Assembly: GCA_023898365.1 (NCBI GenBank)
Contig: CP060219.1
Coordinates: forward strand, 932,444-996,443
Source: Candidatus Woesearchaeota archaeon
GTDB taxonomy: Archaea > Nanobdellota > Nanobdellia > Woesearchaeales > GCA-023898365
Length of the DNA: 64,000 nucleotides
Direction: 5' to 3'
Shown: positions 36,384 through 45,642 of the stretch, in pieces
Numbering within the stretch: the first letter of the stretch is position 1
Layout: each line of letters begins with the position of its first letter
Translations under genes and position numbers: made by a program
Notes under the pieces: generated by a model
What the model saw: the letters and a program-made list of their open reading frames with translations, nothing else
What the model was told of the DNA's origin: nothing
Databases searched by the model: none

Positions 36384-37859
36384 TTGGGGGAGACTACAAC
36401 CATGATAGCGACCTCTCTCGAATTATTTCATAGTATTAGTAGTTTTCTTTCCACACCAGGTGGTGTGCTGTTTGTTAATTTCTTTGAAGCAACCGTGCTT
36501 ATCATTCTTCTCTTTCTTACCTTTTCAGAATACCAGCGAAGTCGGTATCGACAACTTCGTTACTTTCTTACAGGTTTTTTCTTTTTGTTTTTTATAAAAA
36601 CTGCAAATGTCCTTCTCTTAATTCTCCAAATATTTACGCGAAATCCCTTAGCAGCATACATAAGTCCTTATTTTGTTGCTGTTGCAACCCTTCTATGCGA
36701 ACTCTTTGCCATTTCCTTAATAGGCACAGGATTTTTATATCCGTTGCGAAGCAAACTTCCTCACTATTTGAAAAACAAATTCTTGATAGAGTTAGTTGCT
36801 ATATTGCTGTTTTTTGCAATTACTTTGTTTGCATTTACAACAACAAACTTTCGAGGATTTGCGCTCACACTTGGTGTTGCTTTAGAAACCATCTTACTTC
36901 TTCTGTTTATTATCGTGCTGCAATTATACCATAATCGTTTTCGGTATTACCAAGGAATGCTCTTTGCTTTTTTGCTTTGGTTTGTTGGTCCGTTTGTACT
37001 CTTACTTGATTTAGTGTTGTTTCAAGGACTAAATATCCGACTTGTTGTACTTGCGCGGCCATTTCCTGTTTTAGGCATAATCTTTCTAACCCGAGTCATC
37101 TTCCTTAAATTAGTGGATAAAGCCTACTTGCGACGAGAATTACAGTCAGCAGAAAAACGATATCTTGAAATGAGAGAAGTGAGCATGATGAAAGATCACT
37201 TCATATCCTTAGTTTCCCACGAGCTTAAAACCCCTATTACTTCCATTCGCTTGTATGCAGACCTTATTATGCAATCAACGAAAGGAAAAACCAAAGAATT
37301 TAGTGGCATAATCAAATCAGAAATTAAGCGCCTAGGAGAAATGGTTGATGACTTGCTTAATTTTTCTAAGTTAAAAGAGAGAAAAATCAAATTGGAGTTC
37401 GCGCGAGTGGACCTCAATCAAATTGTTACCGAAGCGCTTATTCTTTCACGAAAAGCTAATGTGCTTGTCGAAAATAAAATCCCCAAGCATGCCTACATAT
37501 ATGCAGATCCAAAGCGACTCAAACAAATATTTCTCAATTTATTCACAAATGCCTTAAAATTTGCCAAGACAAAAGTGGTTATTTCCTATGAATACACCAA
37601 GACAAAAGAAATTCTCTCTGTCTCAAACGACACAACAGAAAAGGAACGTATTCCTGAAAACGAATATGAAAAAATATTCTTGCCCTTCTACCAAGTTGAA
37701 AATCACATGGTGCGAACAAAGAGTGGAAGCGGTTTGGGGCTTGCTATTGTTAAAGAGTTAGTTGATTTACATGATGGAGAAATATTTGTTATTTCAAGTG
37801 CTAAAGAAACTACTTTTACCGTTAGCTTACCAAGAAAAACTATGCCTGCTCACAAATAA
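36384..37859 (+). CDS. Membrane sensor histidine kinase
   Basis: About 7 N-terminal TM segments. The H box is SHELKTPITSI, the N box LFTNALKFA and the G box GSGLGLAIVKELV. Confidence 0.85.
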   Translation: MGETTTMIATSLELFHSISSFLSTPGGVLFVNFFEATVLIILLFLTFSEYQRSRYRQLRYFLTGFFFLFFIKTANVLLLILQIFTRNPLAAYISPYFVAVATLLCELFAISLIGTGFLYPLRSKLPHYLKNKFLIELVAILLFFAITLFAFTTTNFRGFALTLGVALETILLLLFIIVLQLYHNRFRYYQGMLFAFLLWFVGPFVLLLDLVLFQGLNIRLVVLARPFPVLGIIFLTRVIFLKLVDKAYLRRELQSAEKRYLEMREVSMMKDHFISLVSHELKTPITSIRLYADLIMQSTKGKTKEFSGIIKSEIKRLGEMVDDLLNFSKLKERKIKLEFARVDLNQIVTEALILSRKANVLVENKIPKHAYIYADPKRLKQIFLNLFTNALKFAKTKVVISYEYTKTKEILSVSNDTTEKERIPENEYEKIFLPFYQVENHMVRTKSGSGLGLAIVKELVDLHDGEIFVISSAKETTFTVSLPRKTMPAHK

Positions 37860-37913
37860 CTTCTCAAGTAATAGTGCTTATTTAAGAAAACTTCTGTAAG
37901 AACAAGATAAGGA

Positions 37914-38043
37914 TCCCCGCTCCCGGATTTGAACCGGGGACACGTCGGTATCAGCTGACTGATAGTCATTCACGAGGAAAGCTCCTTAGTCCTACCAGCG
38001 AAAATCTACAGCCGACCGCTCTACCAGGCTGAGCTAAGCGGGG
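37914..38043 (-). tRNA. tRNA-Tyr (GTA) with an intron of about 56 nt at the canonical 37/38 position
   Basis: Hand fold of the reverse complement: CCCCGCT-TA-GCTC-AGCCTGGTA-GAGC-G-GTCGG-CTGTAG[intron]A-CCGAC-GTGTC-CCCGG-TTCAAAT-CCGGG-AGCGGGG-A. The C1:G72 pair is the archaeal/eukaryal Tyr identity pair. Confidence 0.8.
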
Positions 38044-38067
38044 TTACAACAAAGGACTTATTTTCCT

Positions 38068-38075
38068 TTTATAAA
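38068..38075 (-). promoter_or_regulatory. TATA box TTTATAAA upstream of tRNA-Tyr
   Basis: Palindromic tttataaa lies 25-32 nt upstream of the tRNA 5' end at 38043. Confidence 0.5.
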
Positions 38076-38090
38076 AGTATTGTCCACTTC

Positions 38091-38462
38091 TTAAGACGTG
38101 ATGATAACGGAACAACTCGGCGTGACTTCAATGTAATGAGTTGCAGAACCATTTCTGTACGCTGCGCATTGATGTTCTGGATCGTTATCTGCAAGCGTTC
38201 GAGGAGTATGTGCGACATCACACACCCAATCAGTATTGGTTGGCATAGGATCAAGAAGACAAGGGCCTGAGGAGAGATTGACGCTTTGATTTCGAAGAGA
38301 GATGCATGTCGAGACACAAATCTTTGTCAATTCAACGCTAGGATTCTTAAGAAAAAATGAAGGATCTTCCTGTTGCCTGTCCTGCACGCCTCTATAGATG
38401 CCAATAATTGAAACGATAACAACCACTATACTTACAATCCAAATCATCTGTTTCGCATTCAT
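38091..38462 (-). CDS. Membrane-anchored or secreted Cys-rich hypothetical protein
   Basis: An N-terminal TM or signal segment IWIVSIVVVIVSIIGIY is followed by a Cys-containing ectodomain. The start was placed at MNAKQ. Confidence 0.45.
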   Translation of the reverse strand: MNAKQMIWIVSIVVVIVSIIGIYRGVQDRQQEDPSFFLKNPSVELTKICVSTCISLRNQSVNLSSGPCLLDPMPTNTDWVCDVAHTPRTLADNDPEHQCAAYRNGSATHYIEVTPSCSVIITS

Positions 38463-38527
38463 TTGCACTCGCAACAACATTGCTTCTCACAAGTACTTTT
38501 TTAAATACTTTGTTCTTTATCAAGGGC

Positions 38528-39268
38528 ATGTTTGTTGATGTCCATGCTCATCTTGATTTTCCAGATTTTGAAAATGACTTAGCTGAACTTCTCAGTCAAT
38601 GTAAGAAGCAGGCCATTTCCACTATTATTGTCAATGGAGTTGATCCTGCTTCAAACAGAAAAATCCTTGCACTTTCAAACACGTATCCGCTCATTAAGCC
38701 TGCCTTCGGCTTCTATCCAACGCATATTGAAGAAGAATCAGACGAGGTAATCGATCAAGAATTGCAATGGATCGAAGCGAACAAGCCACTGGCAATTGGA
38801 GAAGTGGGACTTGACAAGAAAGAACCAAAAAATTTTGAGCGTCAAGTGTTCTATTTCAAAAAGATTATCTTGCTTGCTAAAAAAATGAATATTCCTCTTA
38901 TTGTGCACTCAAGAAAGGCTGAGCGAGAAACAATTGATCTCCTTACGGAGCTGCATGCAAAGAAAGTAGTCATGCATTGCTTCTCAGGAAAGAAATCATT
39001 ATACAAAGAAATCATAGAACAAGGATGGAGTTTTTCTATTCCTTCCCTCGTTTCACGTGTTGAACAATTTCAACAACTTGTTATGGCAACACCAACAAAT
39101 CAACTTCTTACCGAAACAGATTCGCCCTTTCTCTCACCAACGAAAGATGAGCGGAATTCTCCATTAACTATTCCTCAAGCGGTTGCTGTTATCGCTGGAC
39201 TGAAAAAAATGGATACTACTTCAATGGAAGAGCTTATTTTTCAGAATTTTCAGCGCTTGTTTCTCTAG
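38528..39268 (+). CDS. tatD: TatD-family metal-dependent hydrolase/DNase
   Basis: FVDVHAHLD, GEVGLD, IVHSR, HCFSG and ETDSPFL are present. The start was placed at MFVDVHAH. Confidence 0.85.
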   Translation: MFVDVHAHLDFPDFENDLAELLSQCKKQAISTIIVNGVDPASNRKILALSNTYPLIKPAFGFYPTHIEEESDEVIDQELQWIEANKPLAIGEVGLDKKEPKNFERQVFYFKKIILLAKKMNIPLIVHSRKAERETIDLLTELHAKKVVMHCFSGKKSLYKEIIEQGWSFSIPSLVSRVEQFQQLVMATPTNQLLTETDSPFLSPTKDERNSPLTIPQAVAVIAGLKKMDTTSMEELIFQNFQRLFL

Positions 39269-39497
39269 CAACACCCCCAGTTTATTTATAAATGATCTGA
39301 AGATACTTGAAGCTAAATGCAAAAACTTTATAAAGACAAATGCCTCTATTTGTGCGGGGTAGAGGCACACAGAGTATTTTGATTCAATGCGACGTATAGG
39401 GGGTTCGCTGATTCATTGTTGCAACACCTCATAACACAACTTTTTGGAAACACCGACCAAAACCCACTGTATTGGAAAACAACACCTTGCACTGCTG

Positions 39498-39553
39498 ATG
39501 TCGACCAGAACGAAAATTCTCTTTTTGCGTTCCTGGCGACATTGGCTTTTTTT
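39498..39553 (+). terminator. 14-bp interrupted hairpin followed by a T8 run; candidate 3' end of an unannotated plus-strand RNA
   Basis: ATGTCG-A-CCAG-AACG at 39498-39512 pairs with CGTT-C-CTGG-CGACAT at 39528-39542 (one bulged base on each arm), followed by tggcTTTTTTTTc. It sits 230 nt downstream of the tatD stop in a gap with no credible ORF. Confidence 0.35.
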
Positions 39554-39620
39554 TCTTTTTTCAACTTTTGGACTCAACAGTCATAAGCTTTAAAAAAAGC
39601 AGCGTGCTTTACGTTATCTT

Positions 39621-40199
39621 ATGTTCATAACGTTCTTAGAAATAGTTGATCTTCTTGTCATGACAGGAGTACTTGCATACATTTTCATGGATATACTTCC
39701 TTCTCCGGCAAGAGCAAGAGATCCGCTTGAGATGTTTACAAAAAAAAAGAAACAATCATTTGAACAATTTATTTTTGCAGCTGGAGTTGTTGCAACAGGC
39801 ATCGTCTTGCATGAACTTGCTCATAAATTTGTAGCAATTGCACTTGGTCAAGATGCAGTTTTTCACGCCTCGTATAAGTTTCTCGCACTTGGAGTACTTC
39901 TTAAACTAATCCACTTTCCCGTCTTATTCTTCGTACCAGGCTACGTGAGTATCATAGGTGCTAGTTCTCCTTTCGAACATGCAATAACTGCTTTTGCCGG
40001 TCCATTTATGCATCTGCTCTTATTTGGCATTGCGTGGCTTATGCTTTCCCAAAAAGCACTCACTCCGAAAAAGCCAGAAATGAGAATGTTCTTAGCACTC
40101 ACCAAGCGCATTAATCTTTGGCTCTTTATCCTTAACATGCTTCCTATTCCCGGATTTGACGGATTCGGTGTTTTCAGCAGTATTTTTGCTATGATATAA
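39621..40199 (+). CDS. M50 (site-2 protease-like) membrane metalloprotease, short form
   Basis: The HExxH motif is VLHELAHK. The second motif is NMLPIPGFDG. Multiple TM segments are present. Confidence 0.78.
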   Translation: MFITFLEIVDLLVMTGVLAYIFMDILPSPARARDPLEMFTKKKKQSFEQFIFAAGVVATGIVLHELAHKFVAIALGQDAVFHASYKFLALGVLLKLIHFPVLFFVPGYVSIIGASSPFEHAITAFAGPFMHLLLFGIAWLMLSQKALTPKKPEMRMFLALTKRINLWLFILNMLPIPGFDGFGVFSSIFAMI

Positions 40200-40200
40200 A

Positions 40201-40995
40201 ATGAAAATAGTCCTCGATGTAAAAGAATCGCTTATTCACAATGCAGAACACTACTTCTCTTTAGCTAAAAAACAACGAAAAAAAGCAGAACATGCTCGCG
40301 AAGCGTTAACCATGCTGCGAGAAAAACTTGAGAAAAAAACTCCTGCACCTAACAAAAACCAAACAACCACCCTGCGGAAAAAGCAATGGTTTGATGCATT
40401 TCGCTCAACAAAACTTTCTTCAGGAAAACTTGTTGTTGGAGGAAAAGATGCAGAAAGTAATGAAGTGCTCATCAAGAAGCATGTACTAAAAGAAGATATT
40501 GTTTTTCATACGGAAGCGCCCGGTTCACCGTTTGTTGTTATAAAAACTGGAGGCAGTACGGTAACTGAACAGGACTTAGAAGAAGCAGCTCTTTTTTGTG
40601 CAGTGTATTCACGCGCATGGAAACAAGGATTGTCTCAAGCAGAAGTGTACTGGGTAACTCCCGAGCAAGTGTCAAAAGAAGCTAAAGCAGGAGAATACTT
40701 GCAGAAAGGGTCTTTTATGATCTATGGTAAACGAAATTTTTTCTCTCCAGGCCTGCGCTTTGCACTTGGCGTTATTGCACATGAAGTGATTGTGGGAACT
40801 GAAGAACATATCTCCTCACACTGTTCACAGTATGTTGTTTTACAACCAGGCGAGACCAAGACATCTGATGCTGCAAAAGAAATTGCAAAACATGTACAGA
40901 TTACTGATAGTAATGAAGTGCTTCGCGCTCTCCCTGCAGGAGGCGTATCAATTACCAAAAAGAAAGGAAATATTCTCAAGCGTGACGTTTTTTGA
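40201..40995 (+). CDS. NFACT-R (DUF814) RNA-binding domain protein, short Rqc2/NEMF-like
   Basis: A coiled-coil N-terminus is followed by VVGGKDAESNEVLIKKHV.KEDIVFHTEAPGSPFVVIK, typical of DUF814. Confidence 0.72.
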   Translation: MKIVLDVKESLIHNAEHYFSLAKKQRKKAEHAREALTMLREKLEKKTPAPNKNQTTTLRKKQWFDAFRSTKLSSGKLVVGGKDAESNEVLIKKHVLKEDIVFHTEAPGSPFVVIKTGGSTVTEQDLEEAALFCAVYSRAWKQGLSQAEVYWVTPEQVSKEAKAGEYLQKGSFMIYGKRNFFSPGLRFALGVIAHEVIVGTEEHISSHCSQYVVLQPGETKTSDAAKEIAKHVQITDSNEVLRALPAGGVSITKKKGNILKRDVF

Positions 40996-41722
40996 GTTTT
41001 TTCACATCTGGTTTCTTTGTTACAGTCCAATCAAGCGGTCTGGTAAAAGAATGTTCCTGTTTCTCCTTAACGAGTTTTCCTCTAACGTACTTGTAAATAA
41101 GAGGTTTACCTGTTGGCAATTCAAGTAAGGGAATGTCTTTATCAGAAATAGAATCAAGGTGTTTAATGATTGCTCGCAAACTATTTCCATGAGCTGAGAT
41201 GATAACATTTTTTTTACTTTGTACTATCGGCAGTATGGTTTTCTCAAAATAAGGAATGGTGCGTTTACACACATCCTGTAAGCTTTCTCCACCCGGCGGC
41301 CTTATTGCAAAACTTCTGCGCCACAAAAAGACTTGTTTTTCGCCATAGGTTTTGCGAGCAGTCTCCTTATTTCTTCCTTGAAGATCGCCATAATAGCGCT
41401 CATTAAGTGCAAGATCTGAGTAAATAGGAATTTCATTTGATTCACGCTTGCCATGGTGTTTTGCCCAACGCTTTTCTTTTACCGTGTCATGCATGAACAT
41501 TCCTGTATACGCTTGACGAGCAAGCACAAGTAAAAGCGTTTCTTGAGCTCGGGTAAGCTTCGACGTGAACGCAACATCAATTTTAAGCCCCTCAAGGTGA
41601 GCTGCAGCAATTAATGCTTCATGCACGCCAACCTCGCTTAAGGGGACATCAACCCAACCGGTGAATTTATTCACCATGTTCCAACGAGATTCACCGTGAC
41701 GAAGAAGAATAAGATAGGTCAT
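40976..41722 (-). CDS. gpmA: 2,3-bisphosphoglycerate-dependent phosphoglycerate mutase
   Basis: LILLRHGESRWN and ISAHGNSLRA histidine-phosphatase motifs are present. The start at 41722 gives an ATGA overlap with the upstream GNAT stop. The 3' end overlaps the convergent NFACT gene by 20 nt. Confidence 0.88.
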   Translation of the reverse strand: MTYLILLRHGESRWNMVNKFTGWVDVPLSEVGVHEALIAAAHLEGLKIDVAFTSKLTRAQETLLLVLARQAYTGMFMHDTVKEKRWAKHHGKRESNEIPIYSDLALNERYYGDLQGRNKETARKTYGEKQVFLWRRSFAIRPPGGESLQDVCKRTIPYFEKTILPIVQSKKNVIISAHGNSLRAIIKHLDSISDKDIPLLELPTGKPLIYKYVRGKLVKEKQEHSFTRPLDWTVTKKPDVKKLKKRHA

Positions 41723-42330
41723 GTTTTCACCGCAACACATTGTTTCATACGAATTATTGAAGAAAAACCTGCCTTCTTTGTTAAAAAGCCATATCTTGTT
41801 TTTGCAACCGCAGAAAAGCCCATTCGTTCATACAGGAAACGAGCGCTTGTATTTGTATCAACTACTTGCAATGAAATAGTATGAAATCGCATGTGCTTTG
41901 CAAAATTGATTGCTTCATGAAGAAGCTGGGAGCCAATTCCTTTTCCTCGCATGTCTTTTCGAACTGCAAGTGCTTTGATGGTTAATTCTCCTGATCGCGG
42001 TTTGCGCACTTCATCAACCCAGGAAGCAACTTTTCGATAGATTGCTCCAAATAAGAAGAATTCTTTAGATAACGTTGACCATTTTAATTTAAGAAACCGA
42101 TGTCCTTCATAATCGAGTCCCATAACACCAACAACATCGTTTTTACTAAGAACATACCTACCGGCTTCAAAATTAATGTTTTCTTCATATATTCGAAGTG
42201 CTTGCTTTTTCGATCGAGGAAAGAGAATCAGCCGATCACGCTTTTGTGCGAATGCTTCATGATAAATTTCACAAACCTGACGCCTCTGACGCCTAGTTAA
42301 AACACCCTGTACAAGCGTACAACACCTCAT
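41719..42330 (-). CDS. GNAT-family N-acetyltransferase
   Basis: The acetyl-CoA motif is LAVRKDMRGKGIGSQLLHEAI. Confidence 0.8.
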   Translation of the reverse strand: MRCCTLVQGVLTRRQRRQVCEIYHEAFAQKRDRLILFPRSKKQALRIYEENINFEAGRYVLSKNDVVGVMGLDYEGHRFLKLKWSTLSKEFFLFGAIYRKVASWVDEVRKPRSGELTIKALAVRKDMRGKGIGSQLLHEAINFAKHMRFHTISLQVVDTNTSARFLYERMGFSAVAKTRYGFLTKKAGFSSIIRMKQCVAVKT

Positions 42331-42393
42331 ACTCTTGCTAGCGTTTTATGCATTTATATATTTTTTGAAGGAGAACAAAAAGTGTACGCCTCA

Positions 42394-42762
42394 TTAATCA
42401 AACGAAATGCTGTTATCCTGGCCATTATCAGTAACAATAAAGCCAAGATCTGAAGGAATATGAATGTCATTTCCGTTTCCAATAACTTCAATACGGACAT
42501 AGAATGAATGCTCAAGAACGGAAACTGTGTTATTATTTCCAATTATTGTAAGCACACACGGTTCTTGCGAATACACTTCATGCGTTTCATGAGTGGTCAT
42601 AATTCGTTCTTCGCAAAGTTCAGAAGCAACATCAGCTTCTCCTAAAGAAAGATTATCTTGAGACGCTTCTCCAGTTCCTTGTTGGTCGCTTTGTACGTAT
42701 GAGCAAGAAGCAAGAGACAAACCAGCCAGGAACAAAAAGATGATAAGCACGCTACCCTTCAT
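42394..42762 (-). CDS. Putative lipoprotein/secreted hypothetical protein
   Basis: The signal peptide MKGSVLIIFLFLAGLSLASCS has a lipobox-like LASC. Confidence 0.5.
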   Translation of the reverse strand: MKGSVLIIFLFLAGLSLASCSYVQSDQQGTGEASQDNLSLGEADVASELCEERIMTTHETHEVYSQEPCVLTIIGNNNTVSVLEHSFYVRIEVIGNGNDIHIPSDLGFIVTDNGQDNSISFD

Positions 42763-42834
42763 ACACGAGTTACAATCGTTTGACTATATAAATCTTGTGA
42801 AGATTTAAAAAGCAACAGATCTTTATACTGTGAA

Positions 42835-43836
42835 ATGAAAACCAGTATTGAAATGGGCAACGCTGGCATCCAGAACGCAGCAAAACTTTTACTCTCCGGT
42901 GAAGTCGTTGCGTTTCCAACAGAAACTGTCTATGGGCTTGGAGCCAACATTGGCAATCCCCTCGCCATACAAAAAATTTTTACAGTGAAAGGAAGACCTA
43001 GCGATAATCCACTCATTGTTCATATTGCTGAATTTTCACAACTTTCTTTGCTTACTCCAAGAATATCTCCTCGCGTTAAACTTCTCGCAAAGCTATTTTG
43101 GCCAGGACCTTTGACGCTGGTAGTGTCAAAGCGAAAAGAAATTTCTTCACTTCTCTCTGCAGGACTTCAAACGGTTGCTGTTCGCATGCCTTCGCATCCC
43201 CTCGCACGAAAATTGCTATACGCATGCAATGTTCCTCTTGCAGCTCCTTCAGCAAACTCGTTTGGCAAACCAAGTCCAACAACTGCATCTCATGTGTATG
43301 AAGATCTTCACGGCAAAATTCCGCTCATTCTCGATGGCGGTCCGTGCAAATTTGGTATTGAATCAACAATTCTTGATATGACCACTTCTCCTCCAACCTT
43401 ACTTCGTCCAGGTGGAGTAAGTCTTGAACAGCTTGAAAAACATCTTGGTCGCGTAACGCTTCATCCCGTTGTCAAAGACCCGAAAGTTAAACAAGTCTTT
43501 GCAAAAGCACCAGGAATGAAATATCGACATTATGCTCCTCGAGCTAACGTAAACGTTCTTCTCACAAGAAAAGAACTTGAAACAGTAGCAGTAGCAGAAG
43601 GAAAGAACAAGACAACGCATTTTCTTGTTCTCAAAAAACCACTTACGGGGGTGGTTAATCAAACAGTGTATACGTGCGCATCTCACCTCGCCCATGATCT
43701 CTTTGCTGCATTTCGTCGACTTGACGCAAAAAATACTACGCAGATTATTGTTCAAGCTCCTTCCGAATCCCATGTGGGAAGAGGGGTGAGAAACCGCCTT
43801 CTTAAAGCAGCAACACATATAAATGATAAGAACTAA
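42835..43836 (+). CDS. sua5: L-threonylcarbamoyladenylate synthase Sua5 (YrdC + Sua5 domains)
   Basis: VVAFPTETVYGLGAN, KGRPSDNPLIVHI and SANSFGKPSPT are present, with a C-terminal Sua5 domain. Confidence 0.88.
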   Translation: MKTSIEMGNAGIQNAAKLLLSGEVVAFPTETVYGLGANIGNPLAIQKIFTVKGRPSDNPLIVHIAEFSQLSLLTPRISPRVKLLAKLFWPGPLTLVVSKRKEISSLLSAGLQTVAVRMPSHPLARKLLYACNVPLAAPSANSFGKPSPTTASHVYEDLHGKIPLILDGGPCKFGIESTILDMTTSPPTLLRPGGVSLEQLEKHLGRVTLHPVVKDPKVKQVFAKAPGMKYRHYAPRANVNVLLTRKELETVAVAEGKNKTTHFLVLKKPLTGVVNQTVYTCASHLAHDLFAAFRRLDAKNTTQIIVQAPSESHVGRGVRNRLLKAATHINDKN

Positions 43837-43845
43837 AATACTTGT

Positions 43846-44463
43846 ATGTTATCACCAGAATTCGTAACAATTGTGGAATTATTTATTGTCTTCTTCATAC
43901 CACTTCTTATGATTTATTTGCGCATTATTCCGTTTGAGTATCAAATGCAAGTTATCTATGCGCTCACAATTGGTGTTGTCTTTGCCATGATTGCTGAAGG
44001 ATGGACAGCAGAAATGATGGGGTTTACCACAGATAATCTTCTTCTGAGTATCGTTGTCTACGGCTTATTTACTCTTGTTGGCGTACTCATACTTGAACTC
44101 CTTGCAAAATTTACGACGCGACCTGTGTGGTATGATTGGCGCAAGGATAAGAGTTTACTCTATGGATTTTTTCCTATAAGTGTTGGTCAAGAACTAATTT
44201 TTCGCTCATACTTAATTCCCGTGCTCTTTGTTTTCTTTGATCAAGTTTGGCTTGTTATTCTTGTAAACGCACTTCTTTTTGCTTCCATGCATCTTATCTT
44301 TAAACTACCGAAGACAGTATTTCTCACTCTTTTTGCAGGAGGTGCTGCGTTTGCAGGCATCTATATTGTGCTGCCAAACATCGTACTTATTTCCCTCAGC
44401 CATGCCGCATTAAACTTTGTGATTGTCCACTTTGGATTCTTACGAGAAGAACATCGCATATGA
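43846..44463 (+). CDS. CPBP-family intramembrane glutamic endopeptidase (CAAX protease-like)
   Basis: A multi-TM protein with GQELIFRSY (EExxxR variant), FASMH and HAALN motifs. Confidence 0.72.
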   Translation: MLSPEFVTIVELFIVFFIPLLMIYLRIIPFEYQMQVIYALTIGVVFAMIAEGWTAEMMGFTTDNLLLSIVVYGLFTLVGVLILELLAKFTTRPVWYDWRKDKSLLYGFFPISVGQELIFRSYLIPVLFVFFDQVWLVILVNALLFASMHLIFKLPKTVFLTLFAGGAAFAGIYIVLPNIVLISLSHAALNFVIVHFGFLREEHRI

Positions 44464-44630
44464 ATGCGCGATAAGCTTCTTCAACCCAATGTGCCCACGA
44501 AATACTCATTCCTTTTTCTTCAATAGATGTGCTGTTGTGTTCAGTTGCACATGAATAGTTCTTGACCTGGAAAAACAAGCCAGGTTGTCAAATACTAACC
44601 GTTTCATTCAGAGAAGATCGAAGAAAGTGA

Positions 44631-45443
44631 TTAATGCACGAATGCAAGCAAAAATGAAATAATGATTCCTGCAATAAACACGACAGCAGGCAAAACACTC
44701 TTCTTATGTGAGTGAATCTCCGGAACGATATCTGCTAAGGAGATATAAATAAAACCGCCAGCAGTTAATGCAATAAGCACAGGCAGTGCATTTTCGAAAG
44801 ATCCTAAAATGTAAAACGAAACTGCGGCACCTACAACACTGAACAATGCGCTAATAAAATTCCATACGAGCGCTTTTCCTTTAGAGAATTTGTTATGCAA
44901 AAGAATGGCCAAATCACCAATTTCTTGAGGAATCTCATGAAAGATAATGGCAATAGTTGTCACAATGCCAATGCTTGTTCCTGCGTGAAATGCAGCGCCA
45001 ATTAGAAGACCATCAATGAGGTTATGTAATCCATCTCCCACAAGACTTAACGTTGTTACAGGATGATTATCGCAGCACACATCGTGATGGTGATGCCAAT
45101 GGATTGCTTTCTCAATAAGAAAGAACAACAATATACCGATAAGCACAAAATAGCTAGGAAGTATTGCAGGATTTGTATCGCTTAGCAAATCATTTTGAGG
45201 AAGAGGAGCAGCATCAGGTGTTGGCAACACATAGTCACTTGAGAGTTTCTCAATACGTAACTCGACACTCTCAGGAATAAGATGGAAAAACGACGTGCCA
45301 AGAAGCATGCCAGCAGCAAACGCAATAAAGAACAGTAAGTACTTATTGACTTTTTGTTCCTTCCAAATAAAGAGAATCGCGCCAGCAAATGAAACTAAAC
45401 TTACAATAAAAGAAGCAATAAGTGCATATACGAGTGCTGACAT
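44631..45443 (-). CDS. ZIP-family divalent metal (zinc) transporter
   Basis: HNLIDGLLIGAAF and FHEIPQEIGDLAIL are present, with a His-rich loop WHHHHD. Confidence 0.88.
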   Translation of the reverse strand: MSALVYALIASFIVSLVSFAGAILFIWKEQKVNKYLLFFIAFAAGMLLGTSFFHLIPESVELRIEKLSSDYVLPTPDAAPLPQNDLLSDTNPAILPSYFVLIGILLFFLIEKAIHWHHHHDVCCDNHPVTTLSLVGDGLHNLIDGLLIGAAFHAGTSIGIVTTIAIIFHEIPQEIGDLAILLHNKFSKGKALVWNFISALFSVVGAAVSFYILGSFENALPVLIALTAGGFIYISLADIVPEIHSHKKSVLPAVVFIAGIIISFLLAFVH

Positions 45444-45642
45444 AGTTGGTACTATATCGATTCTATTTAAAAACTTTTTTTATATGATTTGTTAGAAAGT
45501 ATTCTATATTTGTGAGATAGGCGATACTCTGGATGAACATCGATTTCTGAAATTTCATCAATTACTAACTAATGATTTTCTTCCAACAAGAAACACAAAA
45601 AGGAGCAATATAAACAAATATTCTCAAAACAAAAACTATTTC

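Noticed and set aside
39346-39564. 72-aa minus-strand ORF
   Set aside because: Its sequence is implausible. The region has hairpins and a plus-strand hairpin plus T8 terminator, so it is better explained as non-coding RNA or UTR.
40976-40995. 20-nt 3'-end overlap of the convergent NFACT-R and gpmA genes considered as a regulatory feature
   Set aside because: Tail-to-tail overlaps are common in compact genomes. The gpmA C-terminal extension is basic and low-complexity, with nothing further to support a function.
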